This document shows positions 27,791 to 40,180 of a DNA stretch of 64,000 nt, piece by piece. Within the stretch, counting starts at the first letter, position 1. Every line of letters starts with the position of its first letter. Where the stretch lies: contig NC_042999.1 of assembly GCF_006345805.1 (NCBI RefSeq), forward strand, positions 129,456,001 to 129,520,000. The letters are read 5' to 3'. This DNA comes from Octopus sinensis. Lineage: Eukaryota. The notes under the pieces are model-generated. The model worked only from the letters and a program-made list of their open reading frames with translations. It did no database searches and was not told where the DNA came from. Made by a program: the position numbers and the translations under genes.

Positions 27791-28066
27791 GGAATTTTGT
27801 TTTGATAAATTGCTTATATGTGTTTTGAAACTGAGGGATTTATCAATATAAATGTCGAATCCATAGCATGTCGAAACACTAGTGTACCAATGAATAGTCG
27901 TTGTAAAGGAGAATCTGTTCTCCTATGATGAACACAACACTGATTAGCAAATTTACGTTCGAACCTGTCGGAACGTATTCAGAATAAATATGGTCATCGT
28001 TTTGAATCTCTGTGTTCACTTTGCATATGATGATTATGGTATAATACTGTTCTATTGCAGAATAGT

Positions 28067-28258
28067 TAGCACACCGAACAGATGCTTAGAGGCATCTCGT
28101 CAGTCTTTACGTTCTGAGTTCAAATTCCGCCGAGATCGACTTTGCCTTTCATCTATTCGGGTCAATGAAATAAGTACGAATGAAGTACTAGAGTCGATGT
28201 ATTCAACATTCCCCTCTCCTCAAAAACTGCTGATCCTGTGCCAAAATTCGAAACCATT
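28067..28258 (+). mobile_element. SINE family A copy
   Basis: gcagaatagttagcacaccg...gagttcaaattccgccgag...caaaattcgaaacc. Confidence 0.9.
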
Positions 28259-31200
28259 ATATAATACTGTTCTGACTAACATGCTTTCTGAATGACATTG
28301 GCAGTCTAACATAACTGTCTAATGCTGAGAAAATTTGTCTAATGTGCTATATTTATCTATGTAACAGATATAACATTACACACACACATACACACACAAC
28401 TATATCACATAATATAGAATTGTATTTGTTGAAATTCATTATCTTTCTTTTTAAATAGTTTTGGTCTCTGGTAAATACCGTTGGTAGACACTCTAATCGT
28501 CTTTGTATTGAGGAAAAGTTAGCGATAAGCTAAAAGCACACTTGCTGATTCAGACATAGCTGAGAGCAAGTTAGCATGTTATGACCAAGCAGTCATATAT
28601 ACAAACAACTTAGCACACAAACATAAATTTTCCAGGTAAACATGTTAAATGCATGGAAGACTTGCAACAATTTAAGAAGAAGGCATGTTAAACAAAACGC
28701 TTAACAGAAAATATGTTACACGTCATGACAGAATATAATTATAGAGAAGACCTGTGAATAGGATTGGATTTAGACAATGATGAGGCTCTAAGCTATGCTA
28801 TTCTTTATAGACGCTATTTCGGTAATTGTAAACAGAGAATAAGGTTGTGTATAGATCAACTGAAATTGGCAAGAATACCAAGATGCATGACAAATGTGTG
28901 TGGAATGGAAGAAGGAAGTGCTGCTCGGTCTTTTAGAACAATAAAAATATACATTTTGTTTCCAGTTTTTATTTAAGAATTAATTTTGAAGCAAGATTGT
29001 AAAACAACGAAAGCCTATAAACTTATATAATTAAGATGCTTTTTTAACAACTGGGTATAATCTGTTAATGTTAATTATTGTTAATTAGTTAAATTATTAT
29101 CTTTATACATATGAATGTAAGTTCTAATTTGTAAGCTACAGTTTTGTACCTAGATATAGCCGAAACGTTATGTAGGCGCACAAAACTTTCATTGACTCTT
29201 TAACCTTATCTCATAAAGTCGAGCAAAATCAAGCCCTGCTGCTTGTTTAAATATAAATTAAGTTTAAAGAACAAAACAATGAAAATTAAATACGAAATTT
29301 TGGGAGCCTCCCTCAGTTTGTTTAGCTTATGTTTAAATCCAACCCTGCGTGTAAAACAATATGGTAACTAGGTGTCATGTTACTCAGATATCATATTCGA
29401 ACTTTCGTTGTATTAAACAGGTGTATTACGCTATCAATGTTAATCAGAAAGCATGTTTGTCAGAATAGTATTATATAAGTCAAACAGAAGTAGACAGTAC
29501 TTATAGCAGGTCGTAACAAAATACGTCACGACCAGCTATATGATATGAGCAATGAGCAAATTTCAGAGAAAGAACTGTCATTATGTTGTCAGGCAATTAC
29601 TATAACAGAAGGGTATTATGTTTGACACTGACAAATATAGTGTTGAGATAACTTATATTGTATTTCATAGATTGACAGAACGTTAAATCAATTGACACTA
29701 CCCTAAATAGCAATACTATGCTAATGTTTCAGAGGATAATCGGAGGCCTATGATCTCTTATGATCCCAGACTGGTGAAATTGATGAGAACGCTGTTCACT
29801 CCGGTAACTGCATGTTAAATTTAGTATGAAAAAGTGAGCACTGAGCGAATTTCAAGAGGGTTACAACTCAAAATAAAGACAATCGAGTGGAAACTAGTCA
29901 GGAGAGGAGAAAAACAACCGGGGCAAGTTGGCCTGAATGAAAAGAGAATGAAGATAATTAATTCAGAAACTATGGGAGTTATATAGCAGTAAGCATTACT
30001 GACGAGTATTAATTTTTAAATACGAAATTGACATAGATAGAAGAGGAAAGGGGGGGGGGCGACATTGATATTCCATGATTTCATGTAAACAACGTAACAT
30101 GAAAACCGTACATATATTTTATATAAGGTGGAAACAGTCAGACTTCTCAGCGATATTTGTTGCTGCTACTCCTGAAATACTTAACATAACACTCGAAGGT
30201 ACTATATATATGAACGTGGCATTATGAGGGAGTTTTTGATGTTCTTCATGAAATTTGGGGGGGATACTATCATCACTTCCGGTTTCTGTCGCAATTTACT
30301 TACAATTTCTTTTAGGACAATCTACTTTCATTTATTTATTTATTTATTTATTGACGACAGTAAACAGCATATTATCAGGTGTTAGGCATAGGCGATAAAT
30401 TGGATAAACTGTGCGTTAGAAAGGTAACTTACTGGGAAAATAATTACTGGGTAATAATATACTTTAACCGAGTTTATCGAACCAAACCTAGCCGTGATAT
30501 GGAGAATGAAAGACGTTGAAGAGAAATAAGTGAGGCGTTTGCACTGAACATTTTTGACTATAATCAATAAAATCATTGATAAAATCTCACAACACAACTT
30601 GTATACTCAGTCAACAAAACACGAGAAACACATTTATGCCACATTATATTGTAATAAGATTTTAAGATATTTTTTTCTCAGCCTTACTCTGAAATAGTAT
30701 AACTACAAAGACAGCTCAAAGGATGACAGATATAATTTTTTTTCCCCCAGAATCGATATTATGGCAAAATATTTCTCTGGTTAAATCAATCCCCTGTCGC
30801 AAATTCAACGTACAAGATTTATTTCTTGTATTTGTTTTTTTAGTTTTTTATTTCACGCTCTGGTTCTAAAAGTCTTTACAATAAGTTGATAGAAGCCCTT
30901 ACATTATCAACTAATGGCAATTGAATGTATCGAGAAATAACATATAATGAACGAACAGCATTTGTGAGAAATAGACTCTCGGCATGTTTCATCTTGCCAT
31001 TCTTTTTTTTTCACACATGATAACGGAGAAAGAACGTTACAAAAAAAAATAATAATAGTTAAAACAGCAATAGAGTTTCTATAAATCTATGAAAATATGT
31101 TTCTACTATAAGCCGATAAAAGAAAGGCCAAGATAGTCTAGTGGCTGGAGCTGAATAGTGCTAGTTCTTGAAATAAGAGTTGATATCCAATTGAATACAT

Positions 31201-31307
31201 TCCCTTGTCCCTTTGGGCAAGGCATTTTAATTTTATTCATGTTTCCTGTGGGTGGTTGAGATGGTCGACTCTTATCACTTATAATATTTTCCTGACACAC
31301 AAAAGTA

Positions 31308-31972
31308 AATGTCCGCTGCAGGTACAAGACCTGAAATTTTGGTGGGTAGTGGCCTGTCAATTACATCGCTTCCAAAGTTCAACAGATACATATTTTATCG
31401 ACCCAGTATGATGGAAGGAAAAGCAAAGTCAGCGTCAGCAGAATTTGAACTGAGAACGTAAAGCTAGATGAAATGCCGCTAAGGATTTTGTCCGAGGTGC
31501 AAACGACCCTGCCAGCTCGATGCCTTGTGGCTAATAAAAATAATAACTGATTATATTTTATGAAATCTTTCTACAATTAAAAGAATGCCTGGAAACAACA
31601 TACATTATTGCAAGAACTGTTGACGGAATGAATCCGTAAACACAGACTTTGGTAATGAATTGATATTTGTAATACATAACGGGCATTTTATTGTTTTTGT
31701 TTTGTTTTGAGCTTAAACGATAGGAGCTTGAAATTCCAGAGAAAATAATCAGTTTCAAATTTTGGCACAGGGCCAGCAAGTTCGAGGGAGAAGATAAGTT
31801 GATTTCCTCAAAACTCCAGTATGCAACTGGTACTTATTTTATCGACCCTGAAAGGATGAACGGCAAAGTCGACCCCGGCGGCATTTGAACGCAAAACGTA
31901 AAGTCGGTAGAGCATTTTTCACGGCGGTGAGCATTTTTCACGGCGGTAATGACTCTGCCAGCTCGCCGCCTT
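31308..31972 (-). mobile_element. SINE family A, two copies (31308-31525, 31752-31972)
   Basis: Family motifs reverse-complemented. Confidence 0.85.
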
Positions 31973-32242
31973 AATTTCAGAGATGATTGTCGATTTTATT
32001 TTGTTTGCGACTCAGGAGAGTATCTTTTTTTTTTTGAAACTTCTTAGACTGGAGAAATAGGAACAATCTAATAAGGTTGACATGATTCATGTTTTAATTT
32101 GAACTGAAAATCGTGGTTAGGGGAAATATAGGTATTGAGATTTATCCAGAGATAAAGCACTTCTACAAAGGAAACGACGGTGAGAAGTAAGGGTTTATTT
32201 ACAACCAAATTTTAGGAGAACGGATGGCGAATGGAGCAAATA

Positions 32243-32298
32243 AGAGAATATTAACATGGTCCCTACGCAAGGATGACATGCAAGTTCGTGAAGCGTTC
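32243..32298 (+). pseudogene. U6: U6 snRNA fragment (3' portion), non-functional copy
   Basis: agagaatattaacatggtccctacgcaaggatgacatgcaagttcgtgaagcgttc matches the canonical metazoan U6 sequence at 50/56 positions; AGC triad altered to AAC; 5' stem absent. Confidence 0.9.
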
Positions 32299-32571
32299 TA
32301 CTGTACATCACCAATAGAAGTGATGTTACTGTACATCACCAATAGAAGTGATGTACAGTAAACAAGTTTGGAGGACCAGCATTGTTAATGTAGAGATAAT
32401 ACATCAGGAGGTATACGATTCTGTAATGAGTAAGCGGCTAAAATGTGTTTATAATAAGTAGTTGCCTTTTGATCAGCTAGTATTTCCCCCTCCCTTAAAA
32501 TACATATCAAAATACGAAAGACAAGTAAGTGTACCTACTATCCATAGGAAATTTCTTATATCCGCTTACAC

Positions 32572-32874
32572 CAGTGCTGCTCAAAGTGGTAGTCCACCAT
32601 CAGCTGCCGGTACGCGGCGAGTTTCCAGAAAAGAAACAATAGTATAATTTCAGTAATTTCGCCTTATGCAAATGCATATTACAGCATATTACAGCTGCTG
32701 TAATATTGTATTATTTGTTTACAAAATAAATATAAATTGTCAACTTTTATTATATTCATTATATATATTGTTTCCGGTATAAATTAATATTACTAAGAAA
32801 TATTACCAGTTCCTGGCACATTGAGGGATAAAAAAACTGCCGGTACGCCACATCAGATAGTTTGAGAAGCATTG
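32572..32874. mobile_element. hAT-type MITE
   Basis: TIR cagtgctgctcaaa / tttgagaagcattg (12/14); perfect 8-bp TSD GCTTACAC at 32564-32571 and 32875-32882. Confidence 0.9.
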
Positions 32875-33179
32875 GCTTACACCACAGTTAAACACCAGCT
32901 GTATAAGTTATTGTGGTTAAAAAAATTTGACTATTTTGGATTCAGATCACTCCGTCGTGTGCAAATTAGAGTTTGTGTTTCTATAGTTTTAACATTGAAA
33001 GAATAATTTGATAACTAAAGATTGTTTTATAAGAACCGGCAACGCCACACCATCTCCTCCTTCACTCCTGTCCATGTCTGATTTCATACTTTTGAATAAT
33101 CACCTCTTGCACGAAACCATCAGTGTCTAGTTTATCATTGAGAAGCTGAAACTGGAATATTCTCAGAGAATGTAATATA

Positions 33180-33570
33180 ATAGGTGCAGGTATGGTTGGG
33201 TGGTTAAGAGGAAGGCTTTGCCTCGTGGTTTTGGATTCAGTATCACTGCACGGCATCTTGGGCAAGTGTCTCCTACCATAGCCCAATGCCTTGTGATTGG
33301 ATGGAATTTGGTGGATGAAAGCCTGTCGTATATACGTATATATATGTATGTCTTTTTGTTTGTATTTGTCCCCACCACCAAAACCGCTGAACAATTAGTG
33401 TTCCTTTGCTCACGTCCCCGTAACTTAGCGGTTAAGCAAAAGGTACTGATAGAATAAGTGCCAGACTTTAAACAATAAATAAGTCTGGTACTTATAAATA
33501 AGAGCTAGGGTTGAAAAAAAAAAGCGGTTTCCCCAGCATGGTCGCTGTCCAATGACTGAAACAAATGAAA
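33180..33570 (+). mobile_element. SINE family B (tRNA head plus CORE-like domain), near full-length degenerate copy
   Basis: Head ggttgggtggttaag...ggattcagtatcactg, CORE-like tcttgggcaagtgtc, internal (TA/TG) tract, tail ccccagcatgg...gactgaaacaa. Confidence 0.75.
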
Positions 33571-33697
33571 TATAAAATATAGTATAATCATTTTAAAATC
33601 CAAGTGCACAAACATTTCTAGTCACTTCCTCTCACCGTTAACCCTTCAGAAATTAATCGTTATGTAATCTAGGCATCAATATTTTAAAATAAGAGTA

Positions 33698-33910
33698 AGG
33701 CGGCGAGCTTACAGAATCGTTAGCACACCGGGCAAAATGCTTAGTGATATTTCGTCCGTCTTTATATTCTGAGTCAAAATTCCACCAAGTCGACTTTGCC
33801 TTTGATACTTTCGGGATCGATAAAATAAGTACCAGTTGAGCACCGGAGTCGATGTAATAGACTTATCCGCTCCCCTGAAATTGCTGGTCATGTGCCAAAA
33901 TTTTCAACCA
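33698..33910 (+). mobile_element. SINE family A copy
   Basis: ggcggcgagcttacagaatcgttagcacaccggg...aaattgctggtcatgtgccaaaa. Confidence 0.9.
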
Positions 33911-33924
33911 ATATTTTAAAAAAT

Positions 33925-34325
33925 AGAGTAGGTTTCTAGACCTTCTTTAGTTTGTGACAGGCTGTTCATGCTTGTGCCTTCCTGATTTTCATGTTTCCCA
34001 ACTGCTCAACCAGTCACCTAAGTACTCGAAGTTTTCAACAACTTTCAATTTGGAACCGCTCAAAGCAAACAGCTCGGCATCATCTGATTGGTTGAAAGAT
34101 ATGTATTCGATTTTCTTGACATTTGTGTGGAGTGCTATTTTGGCAGCTGATGTTTCTACTCTGCCGAGCAGTTGTTATGCTTGACTATTTCATTAAATAT
34201 GAGTACTATATCATCTGCGAAGTCCAGGTCTGTGATGGTTACTGCTGGTACTCTCCGTGATCTTTGCCGGTCAGTAATGATGCCAAGGTCTTCGTCATTA
34301 TTGTCTATAGTCTCTGAAATTTCAA
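33925..34325 (-). mobile_element. RTE-type LINE reverse transcriptase fragment
   Basis: Minus frame RRVPAVTITDLDFADDIVL (FADD, plus 34210-34221) followed by VENFEYLG (FxYLG thumb motif). Confidence 0.85.
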
Positions 34326-34829
34326 GTTCCTATTGTTTAATAACAAAACGAAACAAAACAAATACAAAGAAAAGTCCATTATTTATTACAAATATAATTC
34401 GTTACCAAAGACTGTGTTTACGAATCCTCTGCAATAATGTATATTGTTTCGAGGCGCTCACACACACATATACTGAATTTTATTCCCTACATATGTGTTT
34501 GCTTTTTCATTGGTAATGCTTTCCTATGTATATACATAAATGCAAATGTTTTTCCCAAATAAATTGCACTTCATGTTTGAAGCTCCGATAAAGCTATAGC
34601 GTGATATTCAGGCACCCAACAATGAGTGTATTGCAACTTGTAGCAGAAACAGCTGTAAGCTAATGACATTCATAACATAATCGTTTATTCCGTACTCGTT
34701 CGACTGTACTCGATTGACACTTTGTACTGAAGCTTATGCATACTGAGTTCTAGCACCAGTTATTAGCATCGCAATGCCTAAGCAATTATACATACATACA
34801 TATATATGTGTGTGTGTGTGTGTGTATAC

Positions 34830-34962
34830 GACGGAAACATAGCATCCGTCTACCAAATTTCCCCACAAAGCATTGGTTGGCCTGGGGCATTAGTTGGCCG
34901 CACAGTAGGACAGTGAACTCGAAACCATGTGATTACAAAGCGAGTTTCTTAATCACAGTCAT
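34830..34962 (-). mobile_element. SINE family B 5' part
   Basis: Reverse complement ggtgcagacatgactgtgattaagaaactcgc...ggtttcgagttcactg...caatgctttgtggggaaatttggtagacgga. Confidence 0.7.
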
Positions 34963-35344
34963 GTCTGCACCCATGTGTGAAAAACTAATATAAAAATATT
35001 ACTCACCATATAAACTATAGAAGTAGAAAGCACAAAACATAGTTCGTATAGTAAGCACAAGAAAAACGTACCGAGCAATGAAGAATGGCATTCCCGGCGT
35101 GTCTAGAAATAATAAATCCTATTGCAGGTTGTGCTGTCGGTACACGTGACCCTCAACACACGTTGACACAATTTAGTAATCACTAGGCTTACTAATAGCT
35201 ACCTTTATTACTTGGAATTCCCTGCTCTCTCTCTACCTTCCCAGACAGTAAAATATCTAATCACATATGACAATAGCTTTATTACAGTTGTTCCATAGCA
35301 GCATTATCCTACTCCTTCAGTATCTTCGACACATTCTCCCTGCC

Positions 35345-35348
<4 letters not shown>

Positions 35349-35401
<53 letters not shown>
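35349..35401. repeat. (CT)n microsatellite
   Basis: Directly visible. Confidence 0.95.
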
Positions 35402-35403
<2 letters not shown>

Positions 35404-35685
35404 GTACGTCTCTGTTTCCGTCTCGTATTTTGTTTTTTAACTTGTTTGTTTTTACTACGTTTCTTATTCAATCTGCTTCACATATCCTGTTTATAATTGA
35501 ATAAATTATTCAGCTTAATTTTACAGCGAGTCTAAACGCATGCGGATATGACTCTGAATACTATTTATTTTTAGTTATATTGTTAATTAATATTAACATA
35601 TTTAATCAAGTCAGCATTAAATAGCTTCTAGAAAAAATTATACGGTGAGACAAAAAAAAAAACAAAAACGGAAAAGCAAAAAGTG

Positions 35686-36130
35686 GGATCTTTTCGGTTT
35701 GACCGGCAGTTTTTTTTAGCGGTGTCATATGAAATTGTCACCCATAATTATGACCCTAGAATCGATCTATTGCATTTCAATCCGTTTTAGGGTTAGGGTT
35801 AGAGTTAGGATTAGTTAGGGTTAGGGTTAGGAGTGGGGGGAAGGGTATATTTTTTTTTCAGAAATGTAAATAAACCCAATCTGTTTCTTAAACGAGGGAC
35901 ATATTCATACGGCACAGTATGTTTTCACCTCAATAGACGTCATTGATTGGTTGAAATTGCAGAAATTGAAGAAAAAAAAACAAGAAATATCTTACAAACT
36001 ATAGAATTTTCTCAATAAAGCCAAGAGAAAAAGATGTTTTATAAACACATTCTACCAGTATACGAAGTTTAAAAGTGTTTAGTTACGTGGAAATTATTTT
36101 TAAAAACTGCCGTTCAAACCGAAAAGATCC
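35686..36130. mobile_element. Mutator-like MITE with internal TTAGGG-type repeats
   Basis: TIR ggatcttttcggtttga(c/a)cggcagttttt (1 mismatch); perfect 9-bp TSD CAAAAAGTG at 35677-35685 and 36131-36139. Confidence 0.9.
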
Positions 36131-37933
36131 CAAAAAGTGTTTGTTCTTGACTAATAGTATTTTCATCCTTTCAAAAAATGCGGGAGATAACTTTAATATG
36201 CTTTGGTCTGATAAGACTTCCTCAGCGAAATAAACAATTTGCAAAGTAATGATGAGAGAATTATTACTTGTAGTAGAAAAAAACAGAAATACCCAGAGGC
36301 TAAATCACATTAGATTAATGATGACGTTGTCATATTGGTTACGTTGCTGAAATGATGAGGAATATTTCTATACAATATTAGAGTTTATTCGTGTAGTGAT
36401 TTATTTATAAATAAAGTTAAGGAAAGTTGTTATTGCTGTTTAACTCCATATCTGATAGAGTAGACTTCTGATTAAGACATTCCAGCCACAACCGTTCTGT
36501 CTTTTACTCCATCATAGTTTATTTAGGACTAGATTATCCAATGTGGCCTTCTTCTTAGCTAAGTTAGTGGGATGTGATTTAAGTGAAATTTTCTGCTATT
36601 TCTAGCAGGTTGTCTTGACTAATAGATGTAAACTTTAATGGTAAAATAAATGCGCACACACGCAAAAAAAAAAGAAAAGAAAATTGAAAAGAAAGTCTTA
36701 AAGGTGACCAATTGGCAGATTCGTTAGATCACCGAATAGATTGCTTTGAGGCAATCGTTCGGGCGATCTGAGTTCAAATTCCATCAAAGTAAACTTTTAA
36801 TGATGATGCCCCAGCATGATCACCACCTTGACTGAAACAAAAAGGAACGTTTAATCTCGTTTAATAGAACAACGATCAATAGAAATACCATTACAACCTC
36901 AAAATAAAGAAACATGGGCACTTTTCTATTATCGACAGCCATTTCTTTTTTTTTTTTAATTACGAAAGGATGAGCAAAAAAGTATAACAACAATGAGAAG
37001 GATATTAACAGTTGATCAGCGGAGTTTCAGATGGGGAAAGTTGCAAGGAAGTGAGTGTTCGTTTCCTCCTCCAAAAGAAATTTCTTTCCAAAACATTTTT
37101 TTTATTTTACAGTTTTACCCTCCAGTTCTGTGCCCTGCTCCGATAATTTTTCACTGGTACTTTTCTCCACGAGGAAGTGATAGTTATTTCGAAAGTCTGT
37201 TGGTCAATTATTACACTTGTCTCACGAATGTTTTAGTTTATTTACTAATCCTCGATTTACCAAAATCTTGGCTGCCGATAACAAGTAAGTACTGAAACAC
37301 AATCCCTGGTAAACGTACTTGTGATCATGCTGTGTAGCAACAGTCTCACATGATCAAGTGGGAAGAGAATAATAAAGAAATATTTTAGATTATAGAAGAA
37401 GCTCTGTAGATAATTAGTTATCAGACTTGAGCAAATTAAATTCTTATCTAGAGTTGTTGACAATACCCTTGCCAATTGTGATTTCTTCTCAACATACTCC
37501 GTGTTTAATTATTACGAAAATGATCAGTTACTTACAAACATGTTTACTGAAAAGTTTGAAACATCTTTCTCGCCATGTTTTCTTCATACTCCGACGAACG
37601 ATGAATAAATAAATAAATAAATAATAAATAAACATTTTATTTACTAGAATTATATCAAGTATTCTACCACGAACTAGTGCTAATAATTAAAGAACACAAG
37701 TTAATCCTTACTAACATATATCTTTTATTATATGAAGAAAAGTAAATGGCCTGTTTTTTTTCATAATGCTGTCAAGGCGTTTCTAATATAATTCCTGTTA
37801 GATGAGTGCAACAAGTGGGTGGGTGGATGGATCAGATATTTCTGGGTCACAGTAAAATAGACTATTAAACATAGATCACGTTTTCGCGCGCGCGAATATG
37901 TACACACAGCCATTCATGCTATTCATACTATTC

Positions 37934-37985
<52 letters not shown>

Positions 37986-38443
37986 TGCTATTCGTGCAAT
38001 TCACGACGAGCTATACCTTATTTATTCACTACTGTCTCTTAAGCAGGTACAACAATGTAAAAGAAAACAGTAAACACCCATTTAATGATTTCTTACCTGA
38101 TATAAAGACAAATTTATAAGAGAGAAATGTAGTCCATTAAATCGACGGTAGTGTTCAGAAACTAAATTCCTAGGCAAAAGTAAAAGACATGCTCCATAGT
38201 CAGTGTGATGAATTAGGTACTAAACTTTTGACATCTATACCAACTTGTGAGTCTTTATTCGCTAACAAGATCCTCCACACGTGATGCATTGCGTAAAAAA
38301 GATGATGGATGAAAACCCGTTTCCGTAGATAACGGTACCTGACGACTGACGTCCTTAATCGCAATTCAAAACGTCAAACATAAATTTCAATCGTATCAGC
38401 TGGATTTGACCTGTGAATGTGGGTGCGATGCTGCCGTTCATGC

Positions 38444-38616
38444 CTATGGCGTAGCTAATAGGGGAGCAAGAGGAGCGATCGCTCCCCGTAAGCACATTTT
38501 TTCAAATTGGCGCCTTTTATAAAACGTGTCATCAATGAGTTAAAAATTGTTTGGCATGTATCACGGCGCCTTTTTTTTTCTTTTTTGTGCTCACTCCCCC
38601 TAACTATACGTCCTTG
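38444..38616. mobile_element. Old hAT-type MITE
   Basis: Degenerate ends ctatggcgtagcta... / ...ccccctaactatacgtccttg; 8-bp TSD GTTCATGC / GTTCAAGC (7/8). Confidence 0.6.
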
Positions 38617-39304
38617 GTTCAAGCTGTAAGACTGTATGTGAATGATGAGAAATTTGATGGAAATTTTGGTCAAAAATAGGATACGAAAAATGCTTTTAAT
38701 ACATTATACACTAGTAAACTAGACTTCAAACAATCAATTATAGGCCAACCTACCAATAAAATCGGGTGGCCTGGGAAACGAGAGATCTGATCTTGCACCG
38801 CCAACATGTTACATTTGCTGAAAGTATCCTATCTAATACTACTAGATTCTTTATCTGTAAACCGTTTGTTGATTGTTTTGGAGGAACTGATGATCCGTTT
38901 TGGTGTTGAAACTATAGCGATGTCGAAGAAAAGAAGTAACAACATTGGGATGAGACAGTTACTGAAAGCGATGCAGAGTGTGTGCACGCACATGCACGAG
39001 ATCAACAAGATCTTGCACGATTGGCAACTGCACAGAAACCACGGAATGTTACCTGGTTCAATTGCTTCCCAAGCCGGACAACAGAGTCTTCCAAAATGGC
39101 TAGGCTCTGCATATGGATTTGCACATATACTGAATACTAAAGCCAACAAATCAATCCGAAAAGATGTCATGTGCTGTTGTATTTTTCACTTCGAGATACC
39201 CCTGACACGCAGAAATAAACAATGTAATCAATTATCCAACTTATTTGCAGGCATATCGGCGAACTTGAAGTCTGTCGGACTGGATTGCCGCAGGGGCAAG
39301 TACC

Positions 39305-39376
39305 CGTACAGGATAGATTATTTTTTGTACGTCTTGGATCGTACAGGATAGATTATTTTTTGTACGTCTTGGATCG
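39305..39376. repeat. 35-bp perfect tandem duplication
   Basis: cgtacaggatagattattttttgtacgtcttggat x2. Confidence 0.95.
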
Positions 39377-40119
39377 CTCATTGATCGGTTACACTTGCAG
39401 ATACTTCCATTGGCAGTTATATTTCGCAGTCTGCAGTCCATTAGTCGAGGGCAAAGGAAATCAAACCATACAGGTACTTTTGCAAATAGAAACATGTCTT
39501 TGAATTGGTGGAAATGGAAGCAACTGATGTCACTGATAAATCGACGATATTTTTGTTAATGCTATCGTGCAAAGGTAGTTGAAGCAACGAGTGAAGCGAT
39601 TTCTGTTTCAGTGCTGCGACGGTGAAATGGATTTATAATGCTTTCTGTTTTAATGTGCTAATCTTCTAATGGATGGAGAGGAAAAATTAAGACAAAGATT
39701 ATAAAAAGAGAAGAAAAAAAAAACCTTTTGCAAAATGTAGCAGCTGGTGGGTTAAGAGAAAGAGAATTGTAAATATTCCTGTTAAATTATGTTATAGTTG
39801 GTAAAATGAAACATTAATATAAATTTCTGTTCTCATATGCTGGTATGAGAGCGTGGGTGTTTATATATGAGTGTATATATGTATGCATGTATGTATACAT
39901 AGTACGTGGGAGAAGAGAAATTACAACAATAAATAATAGATATATCACTATAGTAAATAGTATGTAGGAGTTCAGACAAAAAGAAAACAACAGATAACCA
40001 TTTAGCTGTTATTAATGCAGGTGTATATTTGATACATACTTAAAATGTATGATGGATTAATTTCGCAACAAAGATATGTTACAGTTCTATATTTTAGAGA
40101 TGAGGAATTATGTACATTA

Positions 40120-40180
40120 TTTACATTATTTACAGTTGACGGATATTTGTCAAATATCCGTCAACTGTAAATAATGTAAA
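40120..40180. repeat. Perfect palindrome, 30-bp arms, 1-nt spacer
   Basis: tttacattatttacagttgacggatatttg-t-caaatatccgtcaactgtaaataatgtaaa. Confidence 0.95.

Noticed and set aside
37883-37896. ttcgcgcgcgcgaa palindrome, Z-DNA-prone
   Set aside because: Short (CG)n run typical of microsatellite flanks; nothing else supports a function
38887-38918. CTGATGA...GAAACTATAG hammerhead-like spacing
   Set aside because: Stem II cannot close, the cleavage triplet has C instead of U and there is no stem I; possibly a fossil but not supportable
38806-39503. 181-aa ORF in relatively GC-rich sequence; HWDETVTES in another frame recalls Helitron Rep-Hel
   Set aside because: Similarity does not extend beyond a few residues; not assignable without a search
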